DNA of 64,000 nt. Source: a bacterium (GTDB taxonomy: Bacteria; Cyanobacteriota; Vampirovibrionia; Gastranaerophilales; JBAXKC01). The number at the start of each line of letters is the position of its first letter. Position 1 is the stretch's first letter. A model generated the notes under the pieces. That model did not search any database and was not told where the DNA came from. It worked only from the letters and a program-made list of their open reading frames with translations. The translations under genes and the position numbers were made by a program. The stretch spans positions 33,002 through 97,001 of the forward strand of contig JBAXKC010000006.1 in the NCBI GenBank assembly GCA_037137535.1, in the 5' to 3' direction. Positions 9,933-20,682 of this stretch are shown one piece after another.

Positions 9933-10790
9933 ATGTCAGAATTCGTATCGCTAAGCAATGAAGAATTGAATGAATTAGCTGCAAGAGCTAAAAATGTCAG
10001 ACAAAACATTATGAAAATGGTGTCAAATTCAAAATCAGGTCATATCGGCGGCTCAATGTCCTCTGCCGATATTATTACTACACTTTATTTTAAACACATG
10101 AGACATTATCCTGACTGGAAAAATAATGCAGATTGGGATAAAAGAGACAGATTTGTTTTATCTAAAGGTCATGCTTCACCTGTATTGTACTCTGTGCTTG
10201 CAGAATGTGGTTATATTCCTCAAGAACAATTAATGACTTTTAGAAAATTACATACAAAACTTCAAGGGCATCCTGCTTATGGCTATATCCCTGGTGTTGA
10301 AGCGACCACAGGCTCTTTAGGGCAAGGTCTTTCAATTGCTAACGGTATTGCTTTAGCATTAAAACTGGATAATTCAAAATCAAGAGTTTATGCTCTAACA
10401 GGTGACGGAGAATTGCAGGAAGGTCAAATCTGGGAAGCTGCAATGACTTCTGCTCACTATAACCTCGGAAATTTAACAGTTATTGTTGATAGAAATACAC
10501 TCCAAATTGATGGTTGCACAGAAAAAGTAATGGGGGTTGATCCTGTTGATCAAAAATTTAAAGCTTTCGGTTGGGAAGTTTTAACAATTGACGGACATGA
10601 TTTGAATCAGATTTTTGTAGCTTTGAAACAAGCTGAAAAAATCGGAAATGAAAAACAAAAACCTGTTGCTATCGTAGCTAAAACTGTTAAGGGCAAAGGC
10701 GTTTCCTTTATGGAAAATAACAGCGGCTGGCATGGTAAAGCTCCAAACGAGAGCGAATTTGTTGCAGCTATGGAAGAATTGTCTAAATAA
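9933..10790 (+). CDS. Transketolase, N-terminal subunit
   Basis: SGHIGGS, DRFVLSKGH, TTGSLGQG, GDGE...EG...N TPP motif, WHG. Confidence 0.95.
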   Translation: MSEFVSLSNEELNELAARAKNVRQNIMKMVSNSKSGHIGGSMSSADIITTLYFKHMRHYPDWKNNADWDKRDRFVLSKGHASPVLYSVLAECGYIPQEQLMTFRKLHTKLQGHPAYGYIPGVEATTGSLGQGLSIANGIALALKLDNSKSRVYALTGDGELQEGQIWEAAMTSAHYNLGNLTVIVDRNTLQIDGCTEKVMGVDPVDQKFKAFGWEVLTIDGHDLNQIFVALKQAEKIGNEKQKPVAIVAKTVKGKGVSFMENNSGWHGKAPNESEFVAAMEELSK

Positions 10791-10803
10791 GGAGTATAGA
10801 GAG

Positions 10804-11763
10804 ATGTTAGTTGATAAATCAAAATTAAGTTCGTTAAGAGGCATTTATGGGGAAACTCTTGTTGAACTAGGTGCTGAAAATAAAGATATAGTTGTGTTAG
10901 ATGCAGATTTATCCTGCTCAACACAAACCTGTAAGTTTGCAAAAGCTTACCCTGAAAGGTTTTTTAACATCGGAATAGCTGAACAAGATTTAGTCGGAAC
11001 CGCTGCGGGATTTGCGGCCGCTGGTAAAATTCCTTTTTTAAGCACATTTGCTATTTTTGCATCAGGAAGAGCATGGGATCAAGTAAGAAACGGAATTGCA
11101 TACCCGAAATTTAACGTTAAAATTGTTGGTACACATGGCGGAATTACTGTAGGAGAAGATGGTGCAACCCACCAAGCTCTTGAAGATATAAGCCTTATGC
11201 GTTCTATTCCAAACATGACCGTTATTGTGCCTTCTGACGCAAGAGAAGTAAGAGCTGCTATCAAGTTTGCGGCTGAATATGAAGGACCTATGTATATAAG
11301 ACTGCCTAGAGGCAATTGTCATGATATTTTTGATGAATCATATTCATTTGAATATCCAAAAGCTCAAGTTTTGACCGAGGGAATTGATGTTACAATCGTT
11401 TCTAACGGTGAAACAATGTATGAAGCGGTTGCTTGCGCTGAAAAACTTTCCCAGAAAGGTATTTTAGCTGAAGTAATCAATGTTCCTGTTGTAAAACCTT
11501 TAGATGAAGAAACAATTCTGAAAAGCGTAAGAAAAACAGGTGCAATTGCTGTCATAGAAAACCATTCCATTATCGGTGGACTGGGTAGTGCCGTATCAGA
11601 GTGTTTAAGCGAAAATTATCCTGCGTTTGTAAAACGTATCGGTACTCGTGATACATTCGGGCAAAGTGGTAAGGATACTGAGCTTTTAGCTGAGTATGGA
11701 CTTACTGCCGATAAATTTATTGACGATATTTATAGGTTAATCGAGAGAAAAAACGGAATATAG
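10804..11763 (+). CDS. Transketolase, C-terminal subunit
   Basis: GIAEQ, GEDGATHQ, ENHSIIGGLGS; start moved to ATG 10804 behind an AAGGAG RBS. Confidence 0.93.
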   Translation: MLVDKSKLSSLRGIYGETLVELGAENKDIVVLDADLSCSTQTCKFAKAYPERFFNIGIAEQDLVGTAAGFAAAGKIPFLSTFAIFASGRAWDQVRNGIAYPKFNVKIVGTHGGITVGEDGATHQALEDISLMRSIPNMTVIVPSDAREVRAAIKFAAEYEGPMYIRLPRGNCHDIFDESYSFEYPKAQVLTEGIDVTIVSNGETMYEAVACAEKLSQKGILAEVINVPVVKPLDEETILKSVRKTGAIAVIENHSIIGGLGSAVSECLSENYPAFVKRIGTRDTFGQSGKDTELLAEYGLTADKFIDDIYRLIERKNGI

Positions 11764-12438
11764 ATGATTAGGCTCAAAAACGTAACTAAAAGCTATGGCG
11801 ATTTAGTCGCTGTAAATGATATGGATCTCCATATTAAGGTAGGAGATTTTGTTTTCCTTGTCGGTCAAAGTGGTGCTGGAAAGTCAACTTTGATGAGACT
11901 TATTTATAGAGAAGAGATTGCTGACGAAGGTCAGGTATTAATTGGCGGCGTTGACGTTTCCCACATTAAGCATTCTCAAGTTCCAAGACTGAGAAGATGT
12001 ATGGGAATAGTCTTTCAAGACTTTAAACTTCTGCCTAAGCAAACAGCTCATGATAATGTCGCTTATGTTATAAGAGCATTGGGAATGAGTTCAAGTGAAA
12101 TCGACAGAAGAGTTAAAGGTGCTTTAAAGGTTGTTGGTCTTGCTGATAAAGAGTTTTCATATCCGAATGAATTATCAGGCGGAGAACAGCAAAGAATTGG
12201 TATTGCTAGAGCAATCGTCAATGGTCCGCCTTTATTAATAGCTGATGAACCTACAGGAAACCTTGATCCTCAAAATTCATTTGAAATTATGGAAATTTTG
12301 GAGCAAATTAACCAAAGAGGTACAACTGTCGTGGTTTCTACTCATGATGAAGCAATAGTAAATCATTATAAAAAAAGAGTAGTAAAACTTGAAAAAGGCA
12401 GAATAATCAGTGACGTTTACTCAGGAACATACCAGTAG
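11764..12438 (+). CDS. ftsE: Cell division ATP-binding protein FtsE
   Basis: GQSGAGKST, VFQDFKLL, LSGGEQQR, ADEPTGNLD; upstream of ftsX. Confidence 0.92.
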   Translation: MIRLKNVTKSYGDLVAVNDMDLHIKVGDFVFLVGQSGAGKSTLMRLIYREEIADEGQVLIGGVDVSHIKHSQVPRLRRCMGIVFQDFKLLPKQTAHDNVAYVIRALGMSSSEIDRRVKGALKVVGLADKEFSYPNELSGGEQQRIGIARAIVNGPPLLIADEPTGNLDPQNSFEIMEILEQINQRGTTVVVSTHDEAIVNHYKKRVVKLEKGRIISDVYSGTYQ

Positions 12439-12449
12439 AGGGTTTGGGA

Positions 12450-13331
12450 ATGCTATTTATTATACCTTTAAGCATAATGACGGAATTTAGAATTATAAAC
12501 AGACTAATTTGTGAAACTTATAAAGGTTTAACAAGAACGGGTCTGATGAATGTAATTATCATTGGTACAATGGCTGCGATATTAAGTATTTTTGGCTGTT
12601 TATTTCATACAAGTCTCGGAATTTCAAATTTTGTTCAAAATTTGGGTTCTGAAATGCAAATATCAGCATATTTAAAGGATGGAGCCTCTGCGGATAAAGT
12701 TTCAAAAAATATAGTCAATGATATTGCCTATATTAAAGAAGTTAGAATTATTCCAAAAGAAAAAGCCTGGGATGATTTAAAAAAACAGATGGATGTTCCT
12801 AGCATTACTAATCCTTTGCCTGATACTTTACGTATTAAAGTAACTGATAATAAACATATTGATATGGTTGTTGCTAGAATTAAAGCTATGCGTGGTGTTG
12901 AGAGTATTCAATATGCTCAGCAGTTAGCTAGAAAAATTCAGACGATTGCTGATATTACAAAAATTGCAGCTCTTGTAATACTTGTATGTCTTGGAAGTTT
13001 GACACTTTTTATTATAAGCAATACAATTCAGCTTGTTATTCAAGCGAGAAAACAGGAAATTGAAATTCTTAGAATGATGGGTGTAAGCAACTGGTATATA
13101 AAATCACCTTATATTTTACAGGGGGCATTTTATGGACTGACAGGAGCATTGATTTCATTAATACCTTTATATGTTGCTCAAAACTATCTAAATCAGTTCT
13201 TCAATTTTTTTCAGGTCGGAGCAGGTACGTCAGTAAATTCTGATATTGTAGTATTTACCCTCTTGATGATGGGTGTTCTGGTTGGGTCAGGCGGAAGTAT
13301 TATTTCTGTCAGAAAATATCTTAAAGTATAA
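12450..13331 (+). CDS. ftsX: Cell division permease FtsX
   Basis: NPLP motif, ISNTIQL...RKQEIEILRMMG, four TM segments; start uncertain (12444/12450/12477). Confidence 0.9.
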   Translation: MLFIIPLSIMTEFRIINRLICETYKGLTRTGLMNVIIIGTMAAILSIFGCLFHTSLGISNFVQNLGSEMQISAYLKDGASADKVSKNIVNDIAYIKEVRIIPKEKAWDDLKKQMDVPSITNPLPDTLRIKVTDNKHIDMVVARIKAMRGVESIQYAQQLARKIQTIADITKIAALVILVCLGSLTLFIISNTIQLVIQARKQEIEILRMMGVSNWYIKSPYILQGAFYGLTGALISLIPLYVAQNYLNQFFNFFQVGAGTSVNSDIVVFTLLMMGVLVGSGGSIISVRKYLKV

Positions 13332-13427
13332 TATGACTTAAAATGTCCTTTTTATAAGGGCATTTTAAATAGTTATTGAGCTTCTTTAAATTTAATTTAT
13401 ATTATTTCCAAATCGGAGGCAGTTTTC

Positions 13428-15200
13428 ATGAATAGTAAAAATAATGTTGCAAAAAAGTTTATGGCTTCCGCTTTGGTTATATCAGCTTTTTTTTCAATGA
13501 ATACTCAATCTTTTGCTTCAAATATAAGTATTTTAAACAATAAAAAACAGGCTTATGTCGAAATTACAAAAGTAATTTATGATAAATCAATTTATACTCC
13601 TTATAAGATTGAATTGCTAAGACGATTTGCAGTTTTAAATGGAATAAATATAAATTCTGATAATCAAGAGCCGCATGATGTCAGTATTCAAAATGATAAG
13701 TCTTTAAAGGATATAGAAGATTTCAAAAAATTTGAAAATAGTTACTTAAATAAAAAAATTAATAATAAAACTTATTTTTCTTGTTTAATTAAAGAACTTT
13801 CTCATTCAGAAGATCAATCTATGAAAGATTTTGCAGGAAATATTTTAGAAACAGTTAAAGCGGATGATTATTTTTCACTTTTTGAATCATTGTTAAACTC
13901 TGATAAAGTGGAACAAAGAATAATAGCTATTAAAGGACTTTCAAGGATTGGCGATGATAAATCTCTTAATTTACTTATAGAAAGATATAAAAAAGCTGAT
14001 TTTGCAGAAAAGAAAGAATTAACCTTTTATATTGGAAAATTCAAGAATAAAAAAGCTGTTTTATTTTGTGAAAATGCTATTAAATCAGAGGCTAAGCCTG
14101 AATTATTAATTAATTTATATGTAAATATGATTAATTATGGTAAAAGCGACTATTTGGCATATTATAGAGTGAAATTATATGATAAGGATTATAATACATC
14201 TAAATATGCACTTTTAAAATTAAATGATGTTGTGCCTGATATTGATTTTAAGTATCTTAAACAATTGATGTATCTTAATGATGGTGTTTCTAGGCTTGCT
14301 ATAACTTCTTATTTTGAAAAAAGATTAAATAATAGTGCATATAAACCTTATAATTCTGAAATAATTCAGCAATTAGCTAAATATGCTTCCGATAATGCAG
14401 TTATATTAAAAATAGCTGCTGTTAAAGATCTTTCGCTTACAAATAATCCTGAAGTATGCAATGTTTTAAGACCTTTACTTAAAGATCCTCAATTAGGCGA
14501 TACGATTATAAATATAATTCTTTCATCAAAAAATCCTGCTCTTCTACCTTTGATTAAAGATATTGCAAAGATTGATAATGAAATAGTTAAGTTTTATTCA
14601 GCTCTTTCACTTTTAGATGTAGATAATAATATTTCTTTAGAATTGTTTACTCAACTTTCAAAAGACAGTGAAAGTGATAATATTCGTTTAGTTTCTACTT
14701 ATATATTAGATAAATTATCCAGCCCGAGTTTACCTCCATTTAGTAAAAATACAAAATTATTTATTAATTATGTAAAAAACTTTGAAAATACAGATGATTT
14801 ACTAGATATAATTTATGAAACAATTAATAATGTAAAAATTGATAATTTTAACATTAAAACCCGTCTTGCAAGCAGATCAGCGCAGTTTTTGCCATATACT
14901 ATTTCATCTGCTGAAATATCAAGTTACTTAAATTCCGATGATAACTGGATAAAACTTAATGCGGCTTTAAATCTTATTAAAAGAGGTGATAAATCTGCGT
15001 TAAACACAGTCAGAGATATTATAAAGCAGAATAAAGACCCAAAAGTCCTTTCTGCTGCCATTGAAATTATTGGTGATTATGGAGATATGTCTGATATTGA
15101 AAATCTTTCTAAAACTATGAATAATGCTTCTTACGCTAGAATAAGAGGCAATTCGGCACTTGCTATTTTAGAGATTACAAAACGAGTTAATTTGGATTAG
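13428..15200 (+). CDS. Exported HEAT-repeat protein
   Basis: Signal-peptide-like N-terminus ending SFA; repeated 'R..AIKGL.RIGD', 'AAIEIIGDYGD' helical units. Confidence 0.7.
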   Translation: MNSKNNVAKKFMASALVISAFFSMNTQSFASNISILNNKKQAYVEITKVIYDKSIYTPYKIELLRRFAVLNGININSDNQEPHDVSIQNDKSLKDIEDFKKFENSYLNKKINNKTYFSCLIKELSHSEDQSMKDFAGNILETVKADDYFSLFESLLNSDKVEQRIIAIKGLSRIGDDKSLNLLIERYKKADFAEKKELTFYIGKFKNKKAVLFCENAIKSEAKPELLINLYVNMINYGKSDYLAYYRVKLYDKDYNTSKYALLKLNDVVPDIDFKYLKQLMYLNDGVSRLAITSYFEKRLNNSAYKPYNSEIIQQLAKYASDNAVILKIAAVKDLSLTNNPEVCNVLRPLLKDPQLGDTIINIILSSKNPALLPLIKDIAKIDNEIVKFYSALSLLDVDNNISLELFTQLSKDSESDNIRLVSTYILDKLSSPSLPPFSKNTKLFINYVKNFENTDDLLDIIYETINNVKIDNFNIKTRLASRSAQFLPYTISSAEISSYLNSDDNWIKLNAALNLIKRGDKSALNTVRDIIKQNKDPKVLSAAIEIIGDYGDMSDIENLSKTMNNASYARIRGNSALAILEITKRVNLD

Positions 15201-15245
15201 ATTGAGTTATAGAGTATTATTATAATCAGTTCTGCTTTTTCAGTT

Positions 15246-15674
15246 TTATTTATTTAATATCCAATCAGGTAAAATTGCATTTGGTGTATTTTCTTTTATA
15301 CTAGAAACAAAGTTTTTAATTATAATTTCAGGAATTTTTTTTATTTCTTCAATATTTAAAATTGTTTCTGTTTTAAATTCATCTCTTTTAAAATTTGTAT
15401 TTGAATCTATATCGTAAATCTTCTTTCTTTTTTCGGAAATTACTAAGCTATCACCATGATTGGTAACAGCAAGTACACTAATCCCTTTTTTATTACTAAC
15501 TAAAACTTTGTCATCATCACCAATAGGAATTCCATTTAAATCAATTGTAGTTTGAGCAATTAAAGCTTGATCTTCTTCTTGAGAAGTTTGTTTTAAACAA
15601 ACAACCTCCTTTGTTCGTAAATTTGTTTCACGTTGAATACCTTTAAAAGATAAATTTAAACTATTTATTAGCAT
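15246..15674 (-). CDS. Hypothetical protein with N-terminal SFKG motif
   Basis: AAGGAG RBS before ATG 15674 (MLINSLNLSFKG); the track start at 15812 lies in the upstream terminator. Confidence 0.65.
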   Translation of the reverse strand: MLINSLNLSFKGIQRETNLRTKEVVCLKQTSQEEDQALIAQTTIDLNGIPIGDDDKVLVSNKKGISVLAVTNHGDSLVISEKRKKIYDIDSNTNFKRDEFKTETILNIEEIKKIPEIIIKNFVSSIKENTPNAILPDWILNK

Positions 15675-15800
15675 AATCAATTCTCCTTTTTTAAAGTATC
15701 TAATAAACTTAAAAAAAATAAACTTTAATTGCTTTTTTATCATTAATATTAAAATTTCTGAATGAATTATCCTTAGTTCATGTTGACAATGTTTTAATAA

Positions 15801-15840
15801 AAAAAAGCCCACCTGATTACATGAAAAAGGTGGGCTATTT
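15801..15840 (-). terminator. Intrinsic terminator after glutaredoxin
   Basis: AGCCCACCT...AGGTGGGCT stem followed by a U-tract on the minus strand. Confidence 0.8.
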
Positions 15841-15855
15841 TATATTATTTTTATC

Positions 15856-16113
15856 TTATTTAAGTAATTCTTCTACTTTTCCTGCTTTATCCAATTTTTC
15901 TAAATCAGACCAACCGCCAATAAGTTTTCCGTTTATAAATATTTGAGGAACAGTTCTGCCTACGCCATTTGTGGCTTCGCTTACTATTTCTCTCATATTT
16001 CTTTCTTCGGTTAAATCTATATCGGTATATTTAATGCCTTTTTCATCAAAATATTTTTTTGCTTTTTTACAATAAGGGCAATAGTCAACTGTATACATTT
16101 TTATCTCTGCCAT
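15856..16113 (-). CDS. grxC: Glutaredoxin 3
   Basis: CPYC, TVPQIFI, GG; GGAG RBS before ATG 16113. Confidence 0.9.
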   Translation of the reverse strand: MAEIKMYTVDYCPYCKKAKKYFDEKGIKYTDIDLTEERNMREIVSEATNGVGRTVPQIFINGKLIGGWSDLEKLDKAGKVEELLK

Positions 16114-16315
16114 AGGTTTCTCCAATATTTTTTAATGTTCTTGTTAAATTGTATGTAAAAAGTTAAATATATTAAATTACTCATATGTATAATCTTTGTG
16201 GTTCTTGATTCTTTAAAAATATATATAATTAAAAATTTGAATTCAAGGCAATATTCAAATCTATAATGTTTTTATAAATATACTAAAGATGTAAAATCGT
16301 ATGGGGTACTAAAAT

Positions 16316-18007
16316 ATGTTAAACTCAAGACTAAATGCTATGAGTATCAATTCTCAATCAAACTTAAAAATTAATCAGAAACGTGATAATAAAATTGCAT
16401 TATCCAGTAATCTCACTAATAAAGGCGATGAAGTTTCTTTTAGCGGCATAAATAAAAAAGCAGCTAAATCTTTTACTCAAAAATTGGGAGAATTAATTAA
16501 TGATAAGCTTGCTGCTCTTGCAGAAAGTTTATCATTAATATCAAAGACAACAGGTAAAAAACTTTCAATAAAAAACACAGGTATAGAAGAAATAAAACGA
16601 ACTATACATGGGGGTTATGTTCTTGATAACACTCCTAAAGTTATTCTTTACAAAGATAAAGATGCTACAAATTTATTAAAGAAACTCACTCATTTTAAAA
16701 AAGATACTCAAATTTTAAACTACGAAGGTGGAGAAATTAGAGTAACAATAGGAAAAGAAAGCATGCTTCTTTCCAAAAAAGGTGCAATACAAATTGGTGC
16801 AGGAACAAAAGATGTTAAGATCGAAGTTTTAAAAGGAAATCCTGTTGTTGTTACAACAGGCGATAAACTTCCTGCTTGGTATAGCCCTTATAAGTCTTGT
16901 GAAAGACATGTAGCTAAATTCGATGAGCAAATTGTCGCTAATAGATATCATTATACAGGTTATATTAGTAAGGGACATTTCTCAGCTGAGGATTTAGAAA
17001 AAATGCTTCAAAATGGTATTGCAGAAGCTACTGATAATCCAAAGTTTGTAAAATTTAAAGAATTTGAAACTCCTGAAAAGATAGAGCTTGCATTAAAAAA
17101 TGCTGAAGTTAAAGATAGTAATATTAGCGGCATTATTACTCAATGGAGTAATTCAAAACAACGTATGCTTTCAGGTTTGAATTTAGGAACATTTAGTATA
17201 AAAAATGATCTAGCAGGACTATCAGAAAATTCCCTTCAAGCTTTAAAGGAAAATGGAATATTTGTTCAAAATTTACCCGAGATAAATACAGATACGCTTA
17301 CTTGGGCAAAATTTCATACAAAGGATGAACTTACACAGCTTATGAATAAATCCGGTATTGTAGATAAAGATCAAAAAATAATTTTAAATACTTATGATAA
17401 AACATATAAAGCAGGTTATGACTTTTCAGGTCTTGCTTTTGAACCTCAAAACGGAAAGCCTGTCACTGTATATGAAGATGAATTCAGAATAATAGTACCT
17501 AATCAAAAGAAAACAGAATGGATATTAAACTCTACTGTTTGGCCGGGAAAAGAAAGAACTGGTTTTGTTACAGGTGAATCATGGGTAAATTATTCCCGAC
17601 CTGACGGAAAAACGGGCTTATTCCCAAGAGGTGCTGAACAATTACATATACATCCGGATGATGAGTTCGGAAGTCAATCAGAAATTTATCTTGTTCAAGG
17701 AAAAGCTCCGGCATCATTATCCGTTTTTCCTAATGGTGAAATGCAACATGTTGTAATGGAAAATGGTGATATGGTAAAAGTTAATCCTATGTTGGCTCAT
17801 CAAGTTTCTGCAGAAGCTGGAGATGGTGAATATAGACACTCTTTATTTCAAACAAGATGTGCTTTTCATCAAACATACGATGGTTTAGGTGAACCTTTAC
17901 CTACTTTTAAAGTTAATAAAAATGCTGAAGATTATGGGACAACCGCTGAGGCTATAATTCAAGGTGGTATTGATGCTATTAATAATCTAAAGAATAAATC
18001 TGAATAA
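16316..18007 (+). CDS. Hypothetical protein with C-terminal cupin-like domain
   Basis: HIHP...SEIYLV and GDMVKVNPMLAHQV match cupin motifs 1 and 2; S/N-rich leader ends VSFSG. Confidence 0.65.
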   Translation: MLNSRLNAMSINSQSNLKINQKRDNKIALSSNLTNKGDEVSFSGINKKAAKSFTQKLGELINDKLAALAESLSLISKTTGKKLSIKNTGIEEIKRTIHGGYVLDNTPKVILYKDKDATNLLKKLTHFKKDTQILNYEGGEIRVTIGKESMLLSKKGAIQIGAGTKDVKIEVLKGNPVVVTTGDKLPAWYSPYKSCERHVAKFDEQIVANRYHYTGYISKGHFSAEDLEKMLQNGIAEATDNPKFVKFKEFETPEKIELALKNAEVKDSNISGIITQWSNSKQRMLSGLNLGTFSIKNDLAGLSENSLQALKENGIFVQNLPEINTDTLTWAKFHTKDELTQLMNKSGIVDKDQKIILNTYDKTYKAGYDFSGLAFEPQNGKPVTVYEDEFRIIVPNQKKTEWILNSTVWPGKERTGFVTGESWVNYSRPDGKTGLFPRGAEQLHIHPDDEFGSQSEIYLVQGKAPASLSVFPNGEMQHVVMENGDMVKVNPMLAHQVSAEAGDGEYRHSLFQTRCAFHQTYDGLGEPLPTFKVNKNAEDYGTTAEAIIQGGIDAINNLKNKSE

Positions 18008-18143
18008 TTTTTAGAATTATATATTGATAAAATCATTATTAATTCAACAAATAATCCTGCCAAGTTACGTTAAGTTCCTTGTCAGGATTATTGTATTTAA
18101 AATCATATGGTAATACAGCACTTAATAAAACATTATGCTTTGC

Positions 18144-18605
18144 TTATGTTAAGCCAACACCTAATTGCATATTTATATCATCTACTGTGAATTGAAGTAA
18201 TATAATCATAGGAGCTGAAACTTTAATTGTTCCATTTTTACCAAAGATAAGCGTTGGGGGCGATATATCCAGTCCATTAACACCAATTTGAGATAAATTA
18301 GTACAAGCGTTAGCACAAACAATATTACTCATTTCGGCTAGGGCACTTTGCGAAATTTCATCAAATTCGTTAACTTCCATTCCCATCATCATTTTAGATG
18401 CAAATTTTTTTGCTGAATCAACGTCCATTAAAAAAACAATAGATCCCTTTAGTTGCCCAATAACACCAATATTAATAACTACACCGGGATTTTGTATAAA
18501 TGACCCCGAGGCCTTTACTCCTGTTTTAGTTATTGATTCAAAACCTAGTTGCGGAATAACCGACAACATTGCATCTACAACTGCATTTATATTATTTACA
18601 TCCAT
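18144..18605 (-). CDS. cheX: CheX-like chemotaxis phosphatase
   Basis: IGVIGQLKG, SALAEMSN (ExxN), ISPPT. Confidence 0.85.
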   Translation of the reverse strand: MDVNNINAVVDAMLSVIPQLGFESITKTGVKASGSFIQNPGVVINIGVIGQLKGSIVFLMDVDSAKKFASKMMMGMEVNEFDEISQSALAEMSNIVCANACTNLSQIGVNGLDISPPTLIFGKNGTIKVSAPMIILLQFTVDDINMQLGVGLT

Positions 18606-19456
18606 AAAATTGAACCCTTTTGAAATCCATAACTCAATTCAATATCACCAAAATTAGTTTTTGCTATTATAGCATGAGTTTCTACCTGAGGATGAACGAC
18701 TTCTGTTGAAGGTCCGCAGAAAATACTTGGAGGTGAAACTCTTAAACTTAACGACTTTTCTTTTTTATTAAGCATTGAGCAGGCGATACCGCCAATAATA
18801 TTAGCAAATTCTGAAAACATTGAAATTATTTCATCATTATTTTTAGCCGGTCTTTTTAAAATAACTTCAGTCATTTTAGAAGCTGTTTCAAGAGAAGTAT
18901 CCATTACGATTATTCCTGAATACATTCCTATTACACCGATTACAACAGTAATTCCTCTTGACATATTTACTTTAGCTAATTTTTTATCTTCGTCAGATAT
19001 TTCAGCAGTTGTTTTTGTTAGTCTTGTAATATTTTGAGATAAAGCTTCTCTAAAAACAGTTGAACTCCAAGAGCTTAATTTGTCGTATATAGTATCAGGC
19101 GTTAAGATTTTATTGATAATATCAACTAAACTTTCTTCTTCCGCAGGTTTTTGAAGATACCCCGAAAAGCCAAGATGTTTTGCTTTTAAAATGGTTTCTT
19201 CATCTTTCATAGAGCTTATTAATAATATTTTTGCAGTTTTATCCTGTAATAATATTTCTTTTCCACATTCAAAACCATCTTTACCAGGCATTGCTATATC
19301 CATAGTAACAAGATCAGGCTTACAATTATTGTATGTTTCCATTAATCCATCAAAAGACTCTGCCTCGCCAACTACTTCATGTCCATTTTCTTCAAGAGTT
19401 CCAGCCAGAATTGTCCTCGAAAATGCTGAATCATCAACAATCATAACTTTTGCCAT
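18596..19456 (-). CDS. CheY-like receiver fused to a CheX-like domain
   Basis: VDDS, MDIAMP, QKP receiver; C-terminal SEFANIIGG, VSPPS. Confidence 0.85.
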   Translation of the reverse strand: MAKVMIVDDSAFSRTILAGTLEENGHEVVGEAESFDGLMETYNNCKPDLVTMDIAMPGKDGFECGKEILLQDKTAKILLISSMKDEETILKAKHLGFSGYLQKPAEEESLVDIINKILTPDTIYDKLSSWSSTVFREALSQNITRLTKTTAEISDEDKKLAKVNMSRGITVVIGVIGMYSGIIVMDTSLETASKMTEVILKRPAKNNDEIISMFSEFANIIGGIACSMLNKKEKSLSLRVSPPSIFCGPSTEVVHPQVETHAIIAKTNFGDIELSYGFQKGSILWM

Positions 19457-19624
19457 ACTAATTATACCTCAACTTTATAAGTACAAACAAATTATAGCAA
19501 TAATTTCAGAATAAATAAAGTTCTAAATTATATTTGAATTAATAAATTATAAAAATAATATAAATATATATAAATATATATTGCTCTTGACTTTTGTATT
19601 TTAATTTATAGTTGACTATAAAGT

Positions 19625-19957
19625 CTAGCTAAAACTTTTGATTAAATCTTCAAGTTGGTATTTATGTAAAAATCCTGTAATGGTATTTATTGTTTTTCTA
19701 TTCTTTACCAATAAGAAGGTTGGAATTGAGTTTATTTTATATTCAGAGGATTTAATCGGATTTTCATTAGTATTTACAGTTACAAATCTAACTTTTTCTT
19801 TATATTTTAAAAATAATTCTTTATAAAGTGGTATCTCATTTCTGCAATATCCGCAATTTTTTGAATAAAAGAATACAATAACAGGCAGAGTTGATCTTTT
19901 TACTTCCTGTTCAAAAGTATTATCTGTAGCTTCAATAATTTCTATCATATTTGTCAC
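19625..19957 (-). CDS. Thioredoxin-family protein
   Basis: CGYC, SIPT; lacks the canonical WCGPC. Confidence 0.85.
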   Translation of the reverse strand: MTNMIEIIEATDNTFEQEVKRSTLPVIVFFYSKNCGYCRNEIPLYKELFLKYKEKVRFVTVNTNENPIKSSEYKINSIPTFLLVKNRKTINTITGFLHKYQLEDLIKSFS

Positions 19958-20069
19958 CTATAAAAGAAGTTATATTCAAATAACAGTATATAATATTTTT
20001 TATCCTATTGGCTATTAACATTAATGCTTATATTTGATAAGATTTAAGTTCGAAATAAAAGAGGTAAAT

Positions 20070-20654
20070 ATGATTAAATTAAATAAGAATATCTGGATAT
20101 TATCTGTTTTTCTGATTTTTATAACTACAATTACTTCCGCATATTCTATTTTAGATAACTTTTATTCCAATACTCCCGATAAAACATTAGTTACAAAACA
20201 ACTAGGGGATTTTTCAGTTTTACCGAAAAATTATAAGTTAATAAAATATGTAAATTTGTTTGGAGTGTCGGCTGTCTTTGCTGAAAATAATCAAAATAAA
20301 CAAAAGATAGGAATAATAAATCCTGGTTCGTTTCTCGTTGTTTCTAAACAAAATATTGAAAATAATATTATTGATCAACAATTAAATAATTTGAATTCAC
20401 AAATTCCTTTTCAGCTTGTAAATCTTCAAAATCTAAATATTATAAAAAAGGGATCTTTTAATGTAAATCAACAAAAAGTTCCTTATATAAAAATAAATGT
20501 TCAGCTTGCTGGTTTTGTGAATTGCAAAATAGAAGGTATTTTGGGCGTGATTGAAGCAAAAAACAAGAAAAATAATTTTATTTTTGCGGTAAATAATCCA
20601 GGTGAATATAATCAAAACATGACTGAATCTTTTATTAAATCTACAGCTAAATAG
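20070..20654 (+). CDS. Hypothetical exported protein
   Basis: GAGG RBS before ATG 20070; hydrophobic N-terminal segment. Confidence 0.65.
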   Translation: MIKLNKNIWILSVFLIFITTITSAYSILDNFYSNTPDKTLVTKQLGDFSVLPKNYKLIKYVNLFGVSAVFAENNQNKQKIGIINPGSFLVVSKQNIENNIIDQQLNNLNSQIPFQLVNLQNLNIIKKGSFNVNQQKVPYIKINVQLAGFVNCKIEGILGVIEAKNKKNNFIFAVNNPGEYNQNMTESFIKSTAK

Positions 20655-20682
20655 TTATAATGTAATTCAATATAGTAGTATA

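Noticed and set aside
10732-10803. N-terminal extension of the transketolase C-terminal subunit
   Set aside because: Overlaps the upstream gene; RBS supports ATG 10804; split transketolases are common and need no frameshift
15675-15812. N-terminal extension of the 188 aa ORF
   Set aside because: Begins inside a terminator; strong RBS at ATG 15674
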